Part shown: positions 18,265 through 27,997 of the stretch, in pieces
How positions within the stretch are numbered: the first letter of the stretch is position 1
Layout of the letters: each line of letters begins with the position of its first letter
Source: an uncultured bacterium
GTDB taxonomy: Bacteria; Omnitrophota; Gorgyraeia; Zapsychrales; Aceulaceae
Direction of reading: 5' to 3'
NCBI GenBank assembly: GCA_937930175.1
Contig: CALGLP010000010.1
Coordinates: 49,347 to 113,346, forward strand
DNA length: 64,000 nt
Notes under the pieces: model-generated
Database searches by the model: none
What the model saw: the letters and a program-made list of their open reading frames with translations, nothing else
What the model was told of the DNA's origin: nothing
Translations under genes and position numbers: made by a program

Positions 18265-18670
18265 ACATTATCCTTCGCTCAGACATCCTAGCCCCTAGAT
18301 TTCATTAAAAAGAAATGAAAGAAATCTGAGGGCTAGGGAACTCGCGAGAGGACAATGCCAGTACGCCTTTCAACCCTTGGTGATCTTTCAAGACTGTTGC
18401 CAAAGATGATCGGTCGAAGAGATTGTCTTGCTTTGAGCAGGACGTTGTCCGTTTCACTTTTCCCTAGTGTCAATTTAGATGAAACTGAAATGGCTCGATT
18501 CCACCTATTTTCAAGCCAAGGAAAATCGAGCCAGGCTTCGCGGGCATGGTCTTTGCCACGTCGTTGGGCAAAGGAGCGAAGCCGAACATCGAGCGAATCC
18601 CGCTTCCACTGAAAATTTTCTAAGGAAAGCGGGAGACGCGCTCCTGCGAAAAGAAGACAATCTTGGTGGA
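18265..18670 (+). repeat. about 400-nt conserved intergenic element, copy A (candidate structured RNA or mobile-element remnant)
   Basis: It aligns over its whole length with 44840..45190, with long identical blocks (ggaactcgcgaRaggacaatgc, ggagcaggacgttgtc, ccctagtgYcaatttaRatgaa, ctcgattcca, caaggaaaatcgag, tcctgcgaaaagaagacaatct). A 9-bp stem, ggctcgatt...aatcgagcc, carries a compensatory change in the other copy. Confidence 0.55.
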
Positions 18671-18759
18671 CTCGGCAACATGAACAATGAGTCAACGAAT
18701 GGTGTTTTGCTTTGCTTCGGGAACATTTAATATGAGGCAATGCGCCGACAGAATACATA

Positions 18760-18788
18760 TTGCCAAAGACTTTTGGTTTACCTATAAT
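18760..18788 (+). promoter_or_regulatory. sigma70-type promoter giving an essentially leaderless cinA-ligT transcript
   Basis: TTGCCA (18760-65), a 17-nt spacer, TATAAT (18783-88), and the ATG at 18795 only 6 nt after the -10 box. No RBS is possible. Confidence 0.5.
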
Positions 18789-18794
18789 AAATCC

Positions 18795-19271
18795 ATGACG
18801 CTTGCCAAAAAGATCACCCAGATCCTTACTGAGAAAAATCAAACATTAAGCCTTGCGGAATCTTGCACTGGAGGCTTGCTGGCGCATTGGCTAACCAATA
18901 TTCCTGGAAGTTCAAAATTCCTCAAGGCTGGCATTGTGGCTTATGCCAATGAGACTAAAGAAAAATTTCTTAGGGTTCCCCGCGCAACACTTGAAAAGCA
19001 TGGCGCTGTGAGTTTGCCAACCATAAAGCATATGGCCCAAGGCGCTCGCTCCCTTTTTAAAACTGATTTTAGCATTGCCATTAGCGGTATCGCTGGTCCA
19101 AGCGGATCCTCAAAAGAAAAACCTCTTGGCCTGACCTTTATCGCTGTCGCCACAAAAAAGAAAATCCACGCCGCAAGGTTTATCTTTAAAGGCTCTCGCC
19201 TTTCTGTCAAAAAACAAGCGGCCACAAAAGCCTTAGAACTGCTCAAAAATCTCCTCGATGAAACCCGCTAA
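18795..19271 (+). CDS. pncC: CinA C-terminal-domain protein (nicotinamide-nucleotide amidohydrolase PncC-like)
   Basis: ESCTGGLLA motif and the CinA-C fold. I took the start at MTLAKKITQILTEK rather than the ORF-track Met, which lies inside the promoter and repeat region. Confidence 0.75.
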   Translation: MTLAKKITQILTEKNQTLSLAESCTGGLLAHWLTNIPGSSKFLKAGIVAYANETKEKFLRVPRATLEKHGAVSLPTIKHMAQGARSLFKTDFSIAISGIAGPSGSSKEKPLGLTFIAVATKKKIHAARFIFKGSRLSVKKQAATKALELLKNLLDETR

Positions 19272-19830
19272 TGTCCGCACCTTTATCGCGCTTGAACTAG
19301 ACGACAAAATCCAACAACAACTCAAAACAATTCAAGATAGTCTCAAGAAAACAAATGCGGATGTCGCATGGGTCCACCCTAAAAACATTCATCTCACCCT
19401 GTTATTTATTGGCAATGTCGATAGTGAGTCCCTGCAAAACCTTCGCCAAACGATCAAACAGGCCATCCAGGGAATCCCCTCATTTAAATTCCAACCCAAT
19501 CAATACGGATGGTTCCCCAACAAAGCAAATCCTCGCGTATTATGGATTGGTGTTGATTTAGGAAAAAAATGTCTCGAAAGAATAACCCAGGCGCTTTCCA
19601 AACATGTTGCAAGCTTCTGCGACAAAACTCAAAAGGAACACTTTTCGGCGCACATCACCATTGGCCGCGTGAGATCAAATAAGAACATAGCCCAATTATT
19701 CTCAAAACTCAATGAGATGGATTTCGATTTTACTGAGAAACAAAAGATTAGCCACATTACCCTATTTAAAAGTCAGCTCACATCTTCTGGCCCAGAGTAC
19801 ACTATTATAGAAAGATTCCCGTTAGCATAG
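19258..19830 (+). CDS. thpR: 2',5' RNA ligase family / 2',3'-cyclic phosphodiesterase (2H phosphoesterase)
   Basis: Two H-x-T/S-x motifs (HLTLLF and HITIGR); 190 aa. It overlaps the cinA stop, and cinA-ligT is a known gene pair. Confidence 0.8.
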   Translation: MKPANVRTFIALELDDKIQQQLKTIQDSLKKTNADVAWVHPKNIHLTLLFIGNVDSESLQNLRQTIKQAIQGIPSFKFQPNQYGWFPNKANPRVLWIGVDLGKKCLERITQALSKHVASFCDKTQKEHFSAHITIGRVRSNKNIAQLFSKLNEMDFDFTEKQKISHITLFKSQLTSSGPEYTIIERFPLA

Positions 19831-20079
19831 TTGTAATATATGCAATATAAGAGAATTATATACATATTAATGTCATCAAAGAATATTATAAGTAAGTCTA
19901 AGTAATAATATATATTTTAAAGATATAAGAAGATGCGTTTATTAATGTCATGATTTATTATTAAAAGTAAGTTTATAGTATTAAATATAATACTCATATA
20001 TTATGATACCGTCGATAAAATAATATATCAAATTTTATATATCAATTATATAATATAGGTAAGTCTAGGTAAGTATTGC
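19831..20079. other. extremely AT-rich island with short direct repeats at a convergent gene junction
   Basis: About 250 bp of roughly four-fifths A+T, against moderate-GC flanks. Direct repeats are ataagtaagtctaagtaat / ataggtaagtctaggtaagtatt, and attaatgtcat occurs twice. Confidence 0.6.
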
Positions 20080-20541
20080 TCATTTGAAAGGCAAGAAATC
20101 TGGGATGCGGATAACGATCTGCATGAGAAGATTGGCATAGATACCAGCCATGATATCATCAGACATGATGCCAAGCCCCCCTTTTAGATTCTCAAGACGG
20201 TTGGCAGGAAAAATTTTAAACATATCAAAGGCCCGAAACAAGAAAAATGCTGTAATAAAAACCGGCGCCGTTAGCGGAAGCCAGAAGAATGTGATCATTG
20301 CGCCGGCAACCTCATCAATCACGACGCATGATGGATCATGTTCCTTGGCAATCTCCTCCATCCTGCCGGACGTAAGAAACCCTGCAAAGAAAACACAAGC
20401 CAGAACCACAAGATAAATGACGGGTTTATCAATCAAAGCAATGCTTAAGAGAGCCCCTGCTGCGCTTGCCACGGTTCCTGGCGCAACTGGAATATTGCCG
20501 ATATAAAAAAACGTTGCGATAATGCGAATCAACGTGCTCAT
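20080..20541 (-). CDS. pgpA: phosphatidylglycerophosphatase A
   Basis: PgpA-family N-terminus (IIATFFYIGNIPVAPGTVASAAGALL) and a small membrane-protein layout. I placed the start at the internal Met so it abuts pgsA. Confidence 0.7.
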   Translation of the reverse strand: MSTLIRIIATFFYIGNIPVAPGTVASAAGALLSIALIDKPVIYLVVLACVFFAGFLTSGRMEEIAKEHDPSCVVIDEVAGAMITFFWLPLTAPVFITAFFLFRAFDMFKIFPANRLENLKGGLGIMSDDIMAGIYANLLMQIVIRIPDFLPFK

Positions 20542-20549
20542 CGGTGAGG

Positions 20550-21128
20550 CTATCGACTCTGGATAAGATCTCGATTTGACCATAAATAGGAAATTCCTGA
20601 AATAAGGGTTAAGGTCACGGTAATGACCAAGGTTAAGTTAATGCCTACCATCCACCAGAGCTCAATACCGCTGCTCCAGCCTGACAGGGCGACCACCGAG
20701 CGCTTAAAAATAATAAAGCCGAGAATAATAAAAATAGCGACGATCTGTGAAAAAGTTTTGTGCTTGCCTGCTTTTTCTGCGACAATGACGCGTTTTTTGG
20801 TTAACGCAAAAATACGCAACCCTGTAATCAACATTTCGCGCGCAAGAATCAACATCATCATCCAGTCTTCCACCAAGTGCATCTGGACAAAAACAATAAA
20901 GGCCGAAAGAATAAGAAATTTATCCGCAATCGGGTCCATAAGCTTGCCCAAGTCGTTTTCAAGTCCATACTTGCGCGCCACATACCCGTCATAATAATCC
21001 GTGAGCGAAGCCACCGTAAAGATCACTGTTGCGATGATGGCCGCCGCCACAGTTGGCTGATGAATAAAAAAAATAAAGAAAATGGCTAAAACAATACGTG
21101 AAAATGTCAATTGATTAGCTAAATTCAT
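20550..21128 (-). CDS. pgsA: CDP-diacylglycerol--glycerol-3-phosphate 3-phosphatidyltransferase
   Basis: CDP-alcohol phosphatidyltransferase motif DYYDGYVARK...GKLMDPIADK, 192 aa, multi-TM. Confidence 0.85.
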   Translation of the reverse strand: MNLANQLTFSRIVLAIFFIFFIHQPTVAAAIIATVIFTVASLTDYYDGYVARKYGLENDLGKLMDPIADKFLILSAFIVFVQMHLVEDWMMMLILAREMLITGLRIFALTKKRVIVAEKAGKHKTFSQIVAIFIILGFIIFKRSVVALSGWSSGIELWWMVGINLTLVITVTLTLISGISYLWSNRDLIQSR

Positions 21129-22462
21129 GCGTTCCCTGCCCCATCTTGGGCGATCAAATCATATTCCAAGCTATCGATAACCCTCGCCTTAATCAAGCTC
21201 CCGAGTTTGTGTGAATTCTTAGATTGCACATACACAACCCCATCAACCTCTGGCGCATCATACCGGCTGCGACCAATAAAAAGATTACGTTCCTTTTTTT
21301 CCTCGATCAAGACTTCAAGTGTCTCCCCAACAAAGCGCTTTAACTTTTGCGCAGAGATAGGTTGTTGAATTTTCATTAACGTATTATAGCGTGCCTGCTT
21401 AATTCTTCCAGGAATTTGATTATTCATTTGAGCCGCTCGTGTCCCTTCTTCTTGAGAGTATGCGAAAACGCCAACGTGGTCAAAACGGACATCGCGCACA
21501 AACTGGCACAGCTCTTGAAATTCTTCTTCTGTTTCTCCTGGATAGCCCACAATAAAGGCTGTGCGCAGTGAACATTGCGGCATTTTCTTGCGAATCTTTT
21601 CAATAAGCGTTCTTGTTTGTTTCTGAGAAAACTTGCGATTCATCGATGCCAAGATCCGATCACTAATATGCTGCAGAGGCAAATCCATGTAGGGACAAAT
21701 GCGGCTCTCTTTGGCCATGAGATCCAGAAGATCGTCGGTGATGTGGCCAGGAAAGGCATACAAAAGTCTAATCCAGCGGATATTCTTCACTTGGGCAAGA
21801 ATATTTTTAAGAAGGACCGCCAACGTATTCTGGCCGCCAAGATCAAATCCATAAGCGGTAATATCCTGGCCAATAATATTGATTTCTTTGACACCCCTTA
21901 CATCAAGGGCTTTGACCTCGTGAAGGATCGTTTTCATCTCGCGCGACGAAAACTTTCCTTTGATGCCGGGGATCGCGCAAAAACTACAATGGTTATAACA
22001 GCTCTCGCAAATCTTGAGATACGTATACCATAACGGCGTGAGAGAAACACGTGGGACATTTGTATCCTTAAGAAGAGGCAAGGTTCCAAAGACATAATCA
22101 ATCTCAGGAAATTCTTTCTTGAAAATGTCTGCGTAGCGCTTGGCAAAACACCCTAGGGCAATAATCTTTTTTATTTTATGATGCTTTTTAAGATCAATCA
22201 CCTCATGGAGGGTATCAATGGTTTCCTTTTTGGCATCAATGACAAAAGCACACGTATTAATAATGACCGTATCCGCGCTTTCCACAGGAACAATCCTGGC
22301 GCCCGCCGCCTTGAGGCGGCCTAAGATCATCTCAGAATCAACCAGATTACGCGCACAGCCTAAATTGATCAAGGCAACACGCTCTCGCGACAAAATAAAA
22401 GAAAAAGATTTGGAGAGGACTAACGAAGAAGAGCTAGAATCAGTCCTGGATTTTGAAACCAT
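21125..22462 (-). CDS. rimO: radical-SAM methylthiotransferase (RimO/MiaB family; RimO-like by size and pgsA context)
   Basis: MTTase N-domain (INLGCARNLVDSE...NTCAFV), a radical-SAM CYNHCSFCAIP, and a C-terminal TRAM domain. The start is uncertain: the ORF-track N-terminal extension is low-complexity, and I used Met30. Confidence 0.7.
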   Translation of the reverse strand: MVSKSRTDSSSSSLVLSKSFSFILSRERVALINLGCARNLVDSEMILGRLKAAGARIVPVESADTVIINTCAFVIDAKKETIDTLHEVIDLKKHHKIKKIIALGCFAKRYADIFKKEFPEIDYVFGTLPLLKDTNVPRVSLTPLWYTYLKICESCYNHCSFCAIPGIKGKFSSREMKTILHEVKALDVRGVKEINIIGQDITAYGFDLGGQNTLAVLLKNILAQVKNIRWIRLLYAFPGHITDDLLDLMAKESRICPYMDLPLQHISDRILASMNRKFSQKQTRTLIEKIRKKMPQCSLRTAFIVGYPGETEEEFQELCQFVRDVRFDHVGVFAYSQEEGTRAAQMNNQIPGRIKQARYNTLMKIQQPISAQKLKRFVGETLEVLIEEKKERNLFIGRSRYDAPEVDGVVYVQSKNSHKLGSLIKARVIDSLEYDLIAQDGAGNA

Positions 22463-23273
22463 CTTGATTGATGACAATCTTTTTAACGCCACGACGAGTT
22501 TTGCCGAAAGGATTCGTTGGCTGGCCATTGAGCTCAAACTCGAGATCATTAAGATTTTTCCCTGACAATTCGATCGAATCTTGAGCGGTCCACGACTCTA
22601 CAGCGCCCTTGGTCAAGGAGGTGCGCGACATATCAATGCCATCCACGCGAATATTAATCCAGGTATTTTTTTTGGTGCGTACAACAAGATTGATTTTCTT
22701 ATTGCTGCGCTTAACAACAGCTGGCGCCGGCGTCACTGCTGGCGGGGTCGTGGTTGCAGCAGGCTTAAAAAAAGAAAACTTCTTTTCTTCTGCCGGCTTT
22801 ACCTTATCTGTCTTTTTCACTTCACCTTTCTTTAACTTGACCTCCACCTTTTTCGGCTGTGAAGACCTTGACTTAAACCAAGAAACACCTAAACGAAAAC
22901 ACGTAAAAAGAACAGCCAAGGCAAACAATACCATGACGATTTTCTTAATGCCATCCTTAGGAAAAAAAGATATCCCTTGGCTTTGCCCGAGATCTTTGCC
23001 CTTGCGAGGCTGCGCCACAATCGGCTTTGGTAATGCTTCTTCTGGCTTATAATCACCCAAGATAGAGCTAATATCTAGTTTAAGATATCTCGCGTACAAT
23101 TTTATAAAAGCACGATAATAAAAATCTGTCAGTGTTCGAACACGATACCCTTCTTCAATGGCTTTAAGAGAATCCAAAGGAATTTTTGTCGCCTCCTGAA
23201 CAGCCTCAAGTGATATGCCCTTGGCTTCTCGGGCCTGCTTAAGAACAAGACCTTTTTGAGCACGATTATCCAT
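22440..23273 (-). CDS. rodZ: RodZ-like cytoskeleton protein (XRE HTH + TM + DUF4115)
   Basis: N-terminal HTH (LKQAREAKGISLEAVQEATKI), a central TM segment, a Pro/Thr/Lys-rich linker, and a C-terminal beta domain. Confidence 0.6.
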   Translation of the reverse strand: MDNRAQKGLVLKQAREAKGISLEAVQEATKIPLDSLKAIEEGYRVRTLTDFYYRAFIKLYARYLKLDISSILGDYKPEEALPKPIVAQPRKGKDLGQSQGISFFPKDGIKKIVMVLFALAVLFTCFRLGVSWFKSRSSQPKKVEVKLKKGEVKKTDKVKPAEEKKFSFFKPAATTTPPAVTPAPAVVKRSNKKINLVVRTKKNTWINIRVDGIDMSRTSLTKGAVESWTAQDSIELSGKNLNDLEFELNGQPTNPFGKTRRGVKKIVINQDGFKIQD

Positions 23274-25485
23274 GAGCTTGCTCCTTTTCCTTTTTCATTT
23301 TATCCATCAGCCATTCGTCGCGATTCACAAGAAGTTCTCTGGCCTTGCTCCCGGAATAAGGCCCAACAATGCCTTCCTGCTCCATCATATCAATCAACCG
23401 CGCGGCCCGGCCATAACCAAGCCTTAAACGCCTCTGCAAAACAGAAACCGACGCCTGACTTGTCTCCACAACAACGCGCACCGCCTCATCATAAAGCTCA
23501 TCTTTATCATCTAAAACACCTGACGCCGATTTGGCTTGTTTATTCACAATGCCTTCATTATAAGTTGGCTGCTGTTGAACTTTAATAAAATCAATCACCT
23601 TACCAATCTCCTCATCCGAAACATAACAACACTGACCCCGAATCGGCTTGGCTTCGCCTGGCTTTAAAAATAACATATCCCCCTTGCCAATCAAATTCTC
23701 GGCCCCATTCATGTCCAAAACAGTTCTGGAATCGACCTTGGACGCGACCTTAAACGAAATGCGTGCAGGAAAATTAGCCTTAATAACTCCTGTGATAACA
23801 TCGACGGATGGCCTCTGCGTTGCCAAAACAAGATGAATACCTACCGCGCGTGACAATTGCGCTAGGCGTGTGATCGCGCTTTCCACGTCTTTAGGACAAA
23901 TTTGCATCAAATCTGCAAGCTCATCGATCACCACAACAATATAATACATCTCGTTGCCTTTTGAAATATAATCCGCAATATTACGCGACCCCACCGCGGC
24001 AAGTTTTTGATAACGCGATTCCATCTCAGAGACGACCCAGCCCAAAGCCGCTGTCACTTTTTTAGCATCCGTCACAGCTGGACAAAGTGAATGTGGAATC
24101 GGATTGTATTGGCTTAGCTCCACCATCTTAGGATCGATCATCAAAAATTTTAATTGTTGCGGTGAATATTTAAAGAGCATCGATAAAATAATGCTGTTAA
24201 GACAAACTGTTTTTCCAGACCCAGTTGTTCCAGCCACAAGTAAATGCGGCATATCAGCCAAATCCGCGATCAGGGCCTGCCCCGCGGTATCTTTGCCAAG
24301 GGCCAAGGTCAACAATGATTTAGGATTTCGAAAATTACTTTTCATTAGAACATCTTTAAGGAAAACCGCGCTCGACGACAAATTAGGAACTTCGATGCCA
24401 ACGCGATTTTTCCCTGGAATCGGAGCCAAAATGCGAACGCTTTGCGCCTTCATGGCCAGAGCAATATCATCAGAAAGTGTTGTAATTTGCTGGACCCTTA
24501 CTCCAGGAGCTGGTTCAAGCTCATAACGTGTGATCACAGGCCCGCGCTCGATATCCACAACACGCACGACAATATTAAATTGCGCAAGCGTTGATTCAAG
24601 GGTTTTTGCCCCCACAACAAGATCATCTTGAAGTCTTTGAGCCGAAACAGCCGGCGCATCTTTAAGCAAATCAACAGAAGGTAAATGATATTCTCCGATC
24701 ACCTGTGGAACTTCTTTAACAAAGACCTTTTCTTCTTTGGGAGCATCGGACTGGGCCAAGCGGATCTTTGGCTTGAGCGGGGTATTTACGGGTGCCAAGG
24801 GAACGATCTTCTCATTAACTTTTTCAACAGGCTTTGGCTTCGAAAATAACGCCTTAAAAGGCTTTTTTTCTTCTTTCTTGCGTAAACGATCTTCGAGGCC
24901 TCCACTCTTCTCCTCAGCCTGTTTCGCCAAACGATCCTGGATAAAAACGATCAAGGCCTTCAAGACTTCGATCCCTTTTAAAACAAAAGGAAAAACAAGA
25001 AACTCACCAATAATGATCGACGTCAATGTCGCTAAAGCGCCCAAAATGATGTACGACCCTGTCTGACCAAAATATTGAACCAAGAAATCCGCAATGACAA
25101 CTCCAACCAAACCAGCCCGCGCAAATCGATCCGCATGGCCCTGAGATCCAAGCATGCTATACAGAGCGCCAACAACAACCAAAAGCACGCAGAAACAAAG
25201 AAATTTTGAAAAAGAAAAGCGAATTTCACGATTGAGAAAATGATTCCAGCTCCAAAAAAACAAAAAAAACGCTATAAAATAAGCGCTATTGCCAACAACA
25301 AAAAGAAGGCCTCCGGCCAAATAGGCTCCAAAAATACGGATGAGATTCTTTGCTGGACTATTAGGCTGAGAGGTATACCAAGGCAGGTCCGAAGAGACAA
25401 AAGAGATCAAGCTGGCAAAAAGAATTAGTGCCAGCGCTAGAATTATAACGCCTTTGATCTCATTAATAATGTGCTGAGATTTCAT
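23266..25485 (-). CDS. ftsK: DNA translocase FtsK
   Basis: N-terminal TM helices, a Walker A VAGTTGSGKT, and a C-terminal gamma wHTH; 739 aa. Confidence 0.85.
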   Translation of the reverse strand: MKSQHIINEIKGVIILALALILFASLISFVSSDLPWYTSQPNSPAKNLIRIFGAYLAGGLLFVVGNSAYFIAFFLFFWSWNHFLNREIRFSFSKFLCFCVLLVVVGALYSMLGSQGHADRFARAGLVGVVIADFLVQYFGQTGSYIILGALATLTSIIIGEFLVFPFVLKGIEVLKALIVFIQDRLAKQAEEKSGGLEDRLRKKEEKKPFKALFSKPKPVEKVNEKIVPLAPVNTPLKPKIRLAQSDAPKEEKVFVKEVPQVIGEYHLPSVDLLKDAPAVSAQRLQDDLVVGAKTLESTLAQFNIVVRVVDIERGPVITRYELEPAPGVRVQQITTLSDDIALAMKAQSVRILAPIPGKNRVGIEVPNLSSSAVFLKDVLMKSNFRNPKSLLTLALGKDTAGQALIADLADMPHLLVAGTTGSGKTVCLNSIILSMLFKYSPQQLKFLMIDPKMVELSQYNPIPHSLCPAVTDAKKVTAALGWVVSEMESRYQKLAAVGSRNIADYISKGNEMYYIVVVIDELADLMQICPKDVESAITRLAQLSRAVGIHLVLATQRPSVDVITGVIKANFPARISFKVASKVDSRTVLDMNGAENLIGKGDMLFLKPGEAKPIRGQCCYVSDEEIGKVIDFIKVQQQPTYNEGIVNKQAKSASGVLDDKDELYDEAVRVVVETSQASVSVLQRRLRLGYGRAARLIDMMEQEGIVGPYSGSKARELLVNRDEWLMDKMKKEKEQAHG

Positions 25486-27581
25486 CCAGCTTGTTTTTTG
25501 CTTAAATTAACGCGACCTTGATCGTCGATTTTAAGAACTTTAATCTTAAACTTGTCACCAACCTTGACAACCGAGTCAACATCTTTAACAAACTTATCAG
25601 AAAGCTCTGAGACGTGAACAAGACCTTCACGACCAGGTAAGAATTCACAAAAAGCGCCAAAATTCATGACCTTTTTAACAACCGCGTCATAAATGCCACC
25701 AATCTCAGGATCTTCCACGATCCCGCGGATCATAGCAATCGCCTTATCGCACGCCACTTGATTCGGAGAAGAGACAAAAACAGTTCCATCTTCTTCAATG
25801 TCAATCACAGCTTCAGTTTCTGCGATGATCTTCTTGATCATGCGTCCCTGAGGTCCAATAACTTCACCAATCTTGGATTGGTCAATATGCAATTCAACAA
25901 TCTTGGGCGCGTACTCTGAAACCTTATCCCGATAAGACGGCAATGCCGCATGCATCTTGTCAAGAATTTCAAATCGCGCGCGTTTGGACTGCGCCACCGC
26001 TTGGGTTAAGATCTGAAGACTGATCCCTTTGATCTTAAGATCCAGCTGGATCGCAGTAACGCCTTTGCGTGTTCCAGCCACTTTAAAATCCATATCCCCA
26101 AAATGATCTTCCAGGCCCATGATATCGGTGATCAAAACGGCCTTATTGTCACCTGTAATCAAGCCAATCGAAATGCCAGCCACAGGTTCTTTAATCGGCA
26201 CACCCGCATCCATCAAGCACAATGTCGCTGCGCATACCGTGGCCATGCTTGAAGAGCCGTTAGACTCAAGAATTTCCGAAACAACACGGATCGTGTATGG
26301 AAAAACATCCTTGGCAGGTAGAACCGGTCGAAGGGCTTTTTCCGCTAAAGCTCCATGGCCTATTTCACGACGTCCAGGCCCGCGCATCGGACGAGTTTCC
26401 CCTACGCTAAATGATGGAAAGTTGTAATGCAACATAAACGTTTTACTTGTCTTGCCTTCCAAGGCATCAATAATCTGCTCATCATGGCGGGTTCCCAGCG
26501 TTGTAATCGCCAAACTCTGCGTTTGCCCTCGGGAAAACAACCCTGACCCATGGGTACGTGGCATAATATTGACTTCGCAGGAAATCGGACGAACATCTTC
26601 AAGCGATCGTCCATCGGCTCGACGACTTTCATTTAAAATAAGCTTACGGATCTCCCCTGCCTCAACTTCTTCCAAGGCTAATTTTACATCCAAAGGAGAG
26701 ATCGCATCCTGTCCTTCACGCTTAAACTCATCAAAAATAGACAGATCGCTCATCAAACCCTTCACAAGCGCATCCAGAGTATTTTCACGCTCTTCTTTAT
26801 CCGCAATCTTATAGGCTTCCGAGAATTTCTGCGAGAACATCCCGCGCATTTTCTCGATCAAGCGATCATCGACATTAAACAACATCACATTAGCTTTTGG
26901 CTTGCCGATATTCTTCACAAGGTCTTTTTGAACAGCGATCAAAGGCTGAAGTTTTTCAAATCCAAAATTAATCGCTTTTAGAACCTCTTCTTCCGCAACT
27001 TCTTTGGCTTCGCCCTCGATCATGACAACCCCATGCTCAGAAGCAACCACCGCGATATCCAAAGGACTATTAGCACGCTGCGCATACGTTGGATTCACAA
27101 TAAACTGTCCATCCTCTAAAGCAACACGAACAGATCCAATGGGTCCGTCAAAAGGAATATCAGAGATGCCTAATGCCGCAGAAGCTCCAAGAAGTGCCAG
27201 CATATCCGCATCATTTTCACCATCGCTACTTAGCACAAGAGCGACAACCTGAACGCTGTTAAGAAATCCTTTTGGAAAAAGTGGACGAATCGGACGATCG
27301 ATCACGCGTGCGGCAAGGATCTCGCTTTCGGATGGACGTCCTTCACGTTTAAAGAAACCACCAGGGATGCGCCCCGCGGCGTATGTTTTCTCTTGATATT
27401 CAACTGTTAATGGAAAAAAACCTAAATTCTGCTGAGGCTCCTTGGACATACAGGCCGCTACCAAAACAACGGTCCCCCCACAGGTAACTGTCACCGCTCC
27501 GTTAGCTTGCTTTGCGAGCTTTCCTGTTTCAATAATAATATTTTGGCTCCCAAACGGAACCTCGATACGCTCAATATTCAT
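25482..27581 (-). CDS. pnp: polynucleotide phosphorylase
   Basis: 699 aa with two RNase PH domains, KH and S1; it sits immediately downstream of rpsO. Confidence 0.9.
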   Translation of the reverse strand: MNIERIEVPFGSQNIIIETGKLAKQANGAVTVTCGGTVVLVAACMSKEPQQNLGFFPLTVEYQEKTYAAGRIPGGFFKREGRPSESEILAARVIDRPIRPLFPKGFLNSVQVVALVLSSDGENDADMLALLGASAALGISDIPFDGPIGSVRVALEDGQFIVNPTYAQRANSPLDIAVVASEHGVVMIEGEAKEVAEEEVLKAINFGFEKLQPLIAVQKDLVKNIGKPKANVMLFNVDDRLIEKMRGMFSQKFSEAYKIADKEERENTLDALVKGLMSDLSIFDEFKREGQDAISPLDVKLALEEVEAGEIRKLILNESRRADGRSLEDVRPISCEVNIMPRTHGSGLFSRGQTQSLAITTLGTRHDEQIIDALEGKTSKTFMLHYNFPSFSVGETRPMRGPGRREIGHGALAEKALRPVLPAKDVFPYTIRVVSEILESNGSSSMATVCAATLCLMDAGVPIKEPVAGISIGLITGDNKAVLITDIMGLEDHFGDMDFKVAGTRKGVTAIQLDLKIKGISLQILTQAVAQSKRARFEILDKMHAALPSYRDKVSEYAPKIVELHIDQSKIGEVIGPQGRMIKKIIAETEAVIDIEEDGTVFVSSPNQVACDKAIAMIRGIVEDPEIGGIYDAVVKKVMNFGAFCEFLPGREGLVHVSELSDKFVKDVDSVVKVGDKFKIKVLKIDDQGRVNLSKKQAG

Positions 27582-27588
27582 GATAACC

Positions 27589-27858
27589 TCATTTTCTTAT
27601 GTTTAACTTCTTGATTGTTTCGTCGTATTTTTGAGGATCTTTTTTCTTAAGATACGCCAAATGACTCCGGCGATCACCAATCATGATCAAAAGACCTCGA
27701 CGAGAATGAAAATCTTTTTTATGGGTCAATAAATGGGCGGAAAGTTCATTAATGCGTTCCGTAAGCAGGGCGATCTGAACCACCGATGACCCTGTATCCT
27801 TGGCGTGCGTTTTAAAATTATCAACAACTTCACTCTTTCTTGCTTTTTGTAAAACCAA
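27589..27858 (-). CDS. rpsO: 30S ribosomal protein S15
   Basis: 89 aa ([24 protein letters not shown]). Confidence 0.9.
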   Translation of the reverse strand: MVLQKARKSEVVDNFKTHAKDTGSSVVQIALLTERINELSAHLLTHKKDFHSRRGLLIMIGDRRSHLAYLKKKDPQKYDETIKKLNIRK

Positions 27859-27997
27859 TTTCTTCTTCCTCCTTTAATACGATTATGGTAAGTACTTTGA
27901 CCTCTTGTAAATGTTGCGCATTATACTATTTATAAGTATATACGTCAAGCTCTCTATTTTGTTGATTACTTTTACTTCAAAGGAAAACCTTAGGCCG

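Noticed and set aside
18333-18842. 169-aa minus-strand ORF and 83-85-aa plus-strand ORFs overlapping the conserved element (with analogous ORFs 44823..45217 in copy B)
   Set aside because: Their frames are not conserved between the two copies (indels shift frame). The products are low-complexity and Arg/Ser-rich. The conserved nucleotide blocks and the compensatory stem change argue for RNA or DNA-level conservation, not coding.
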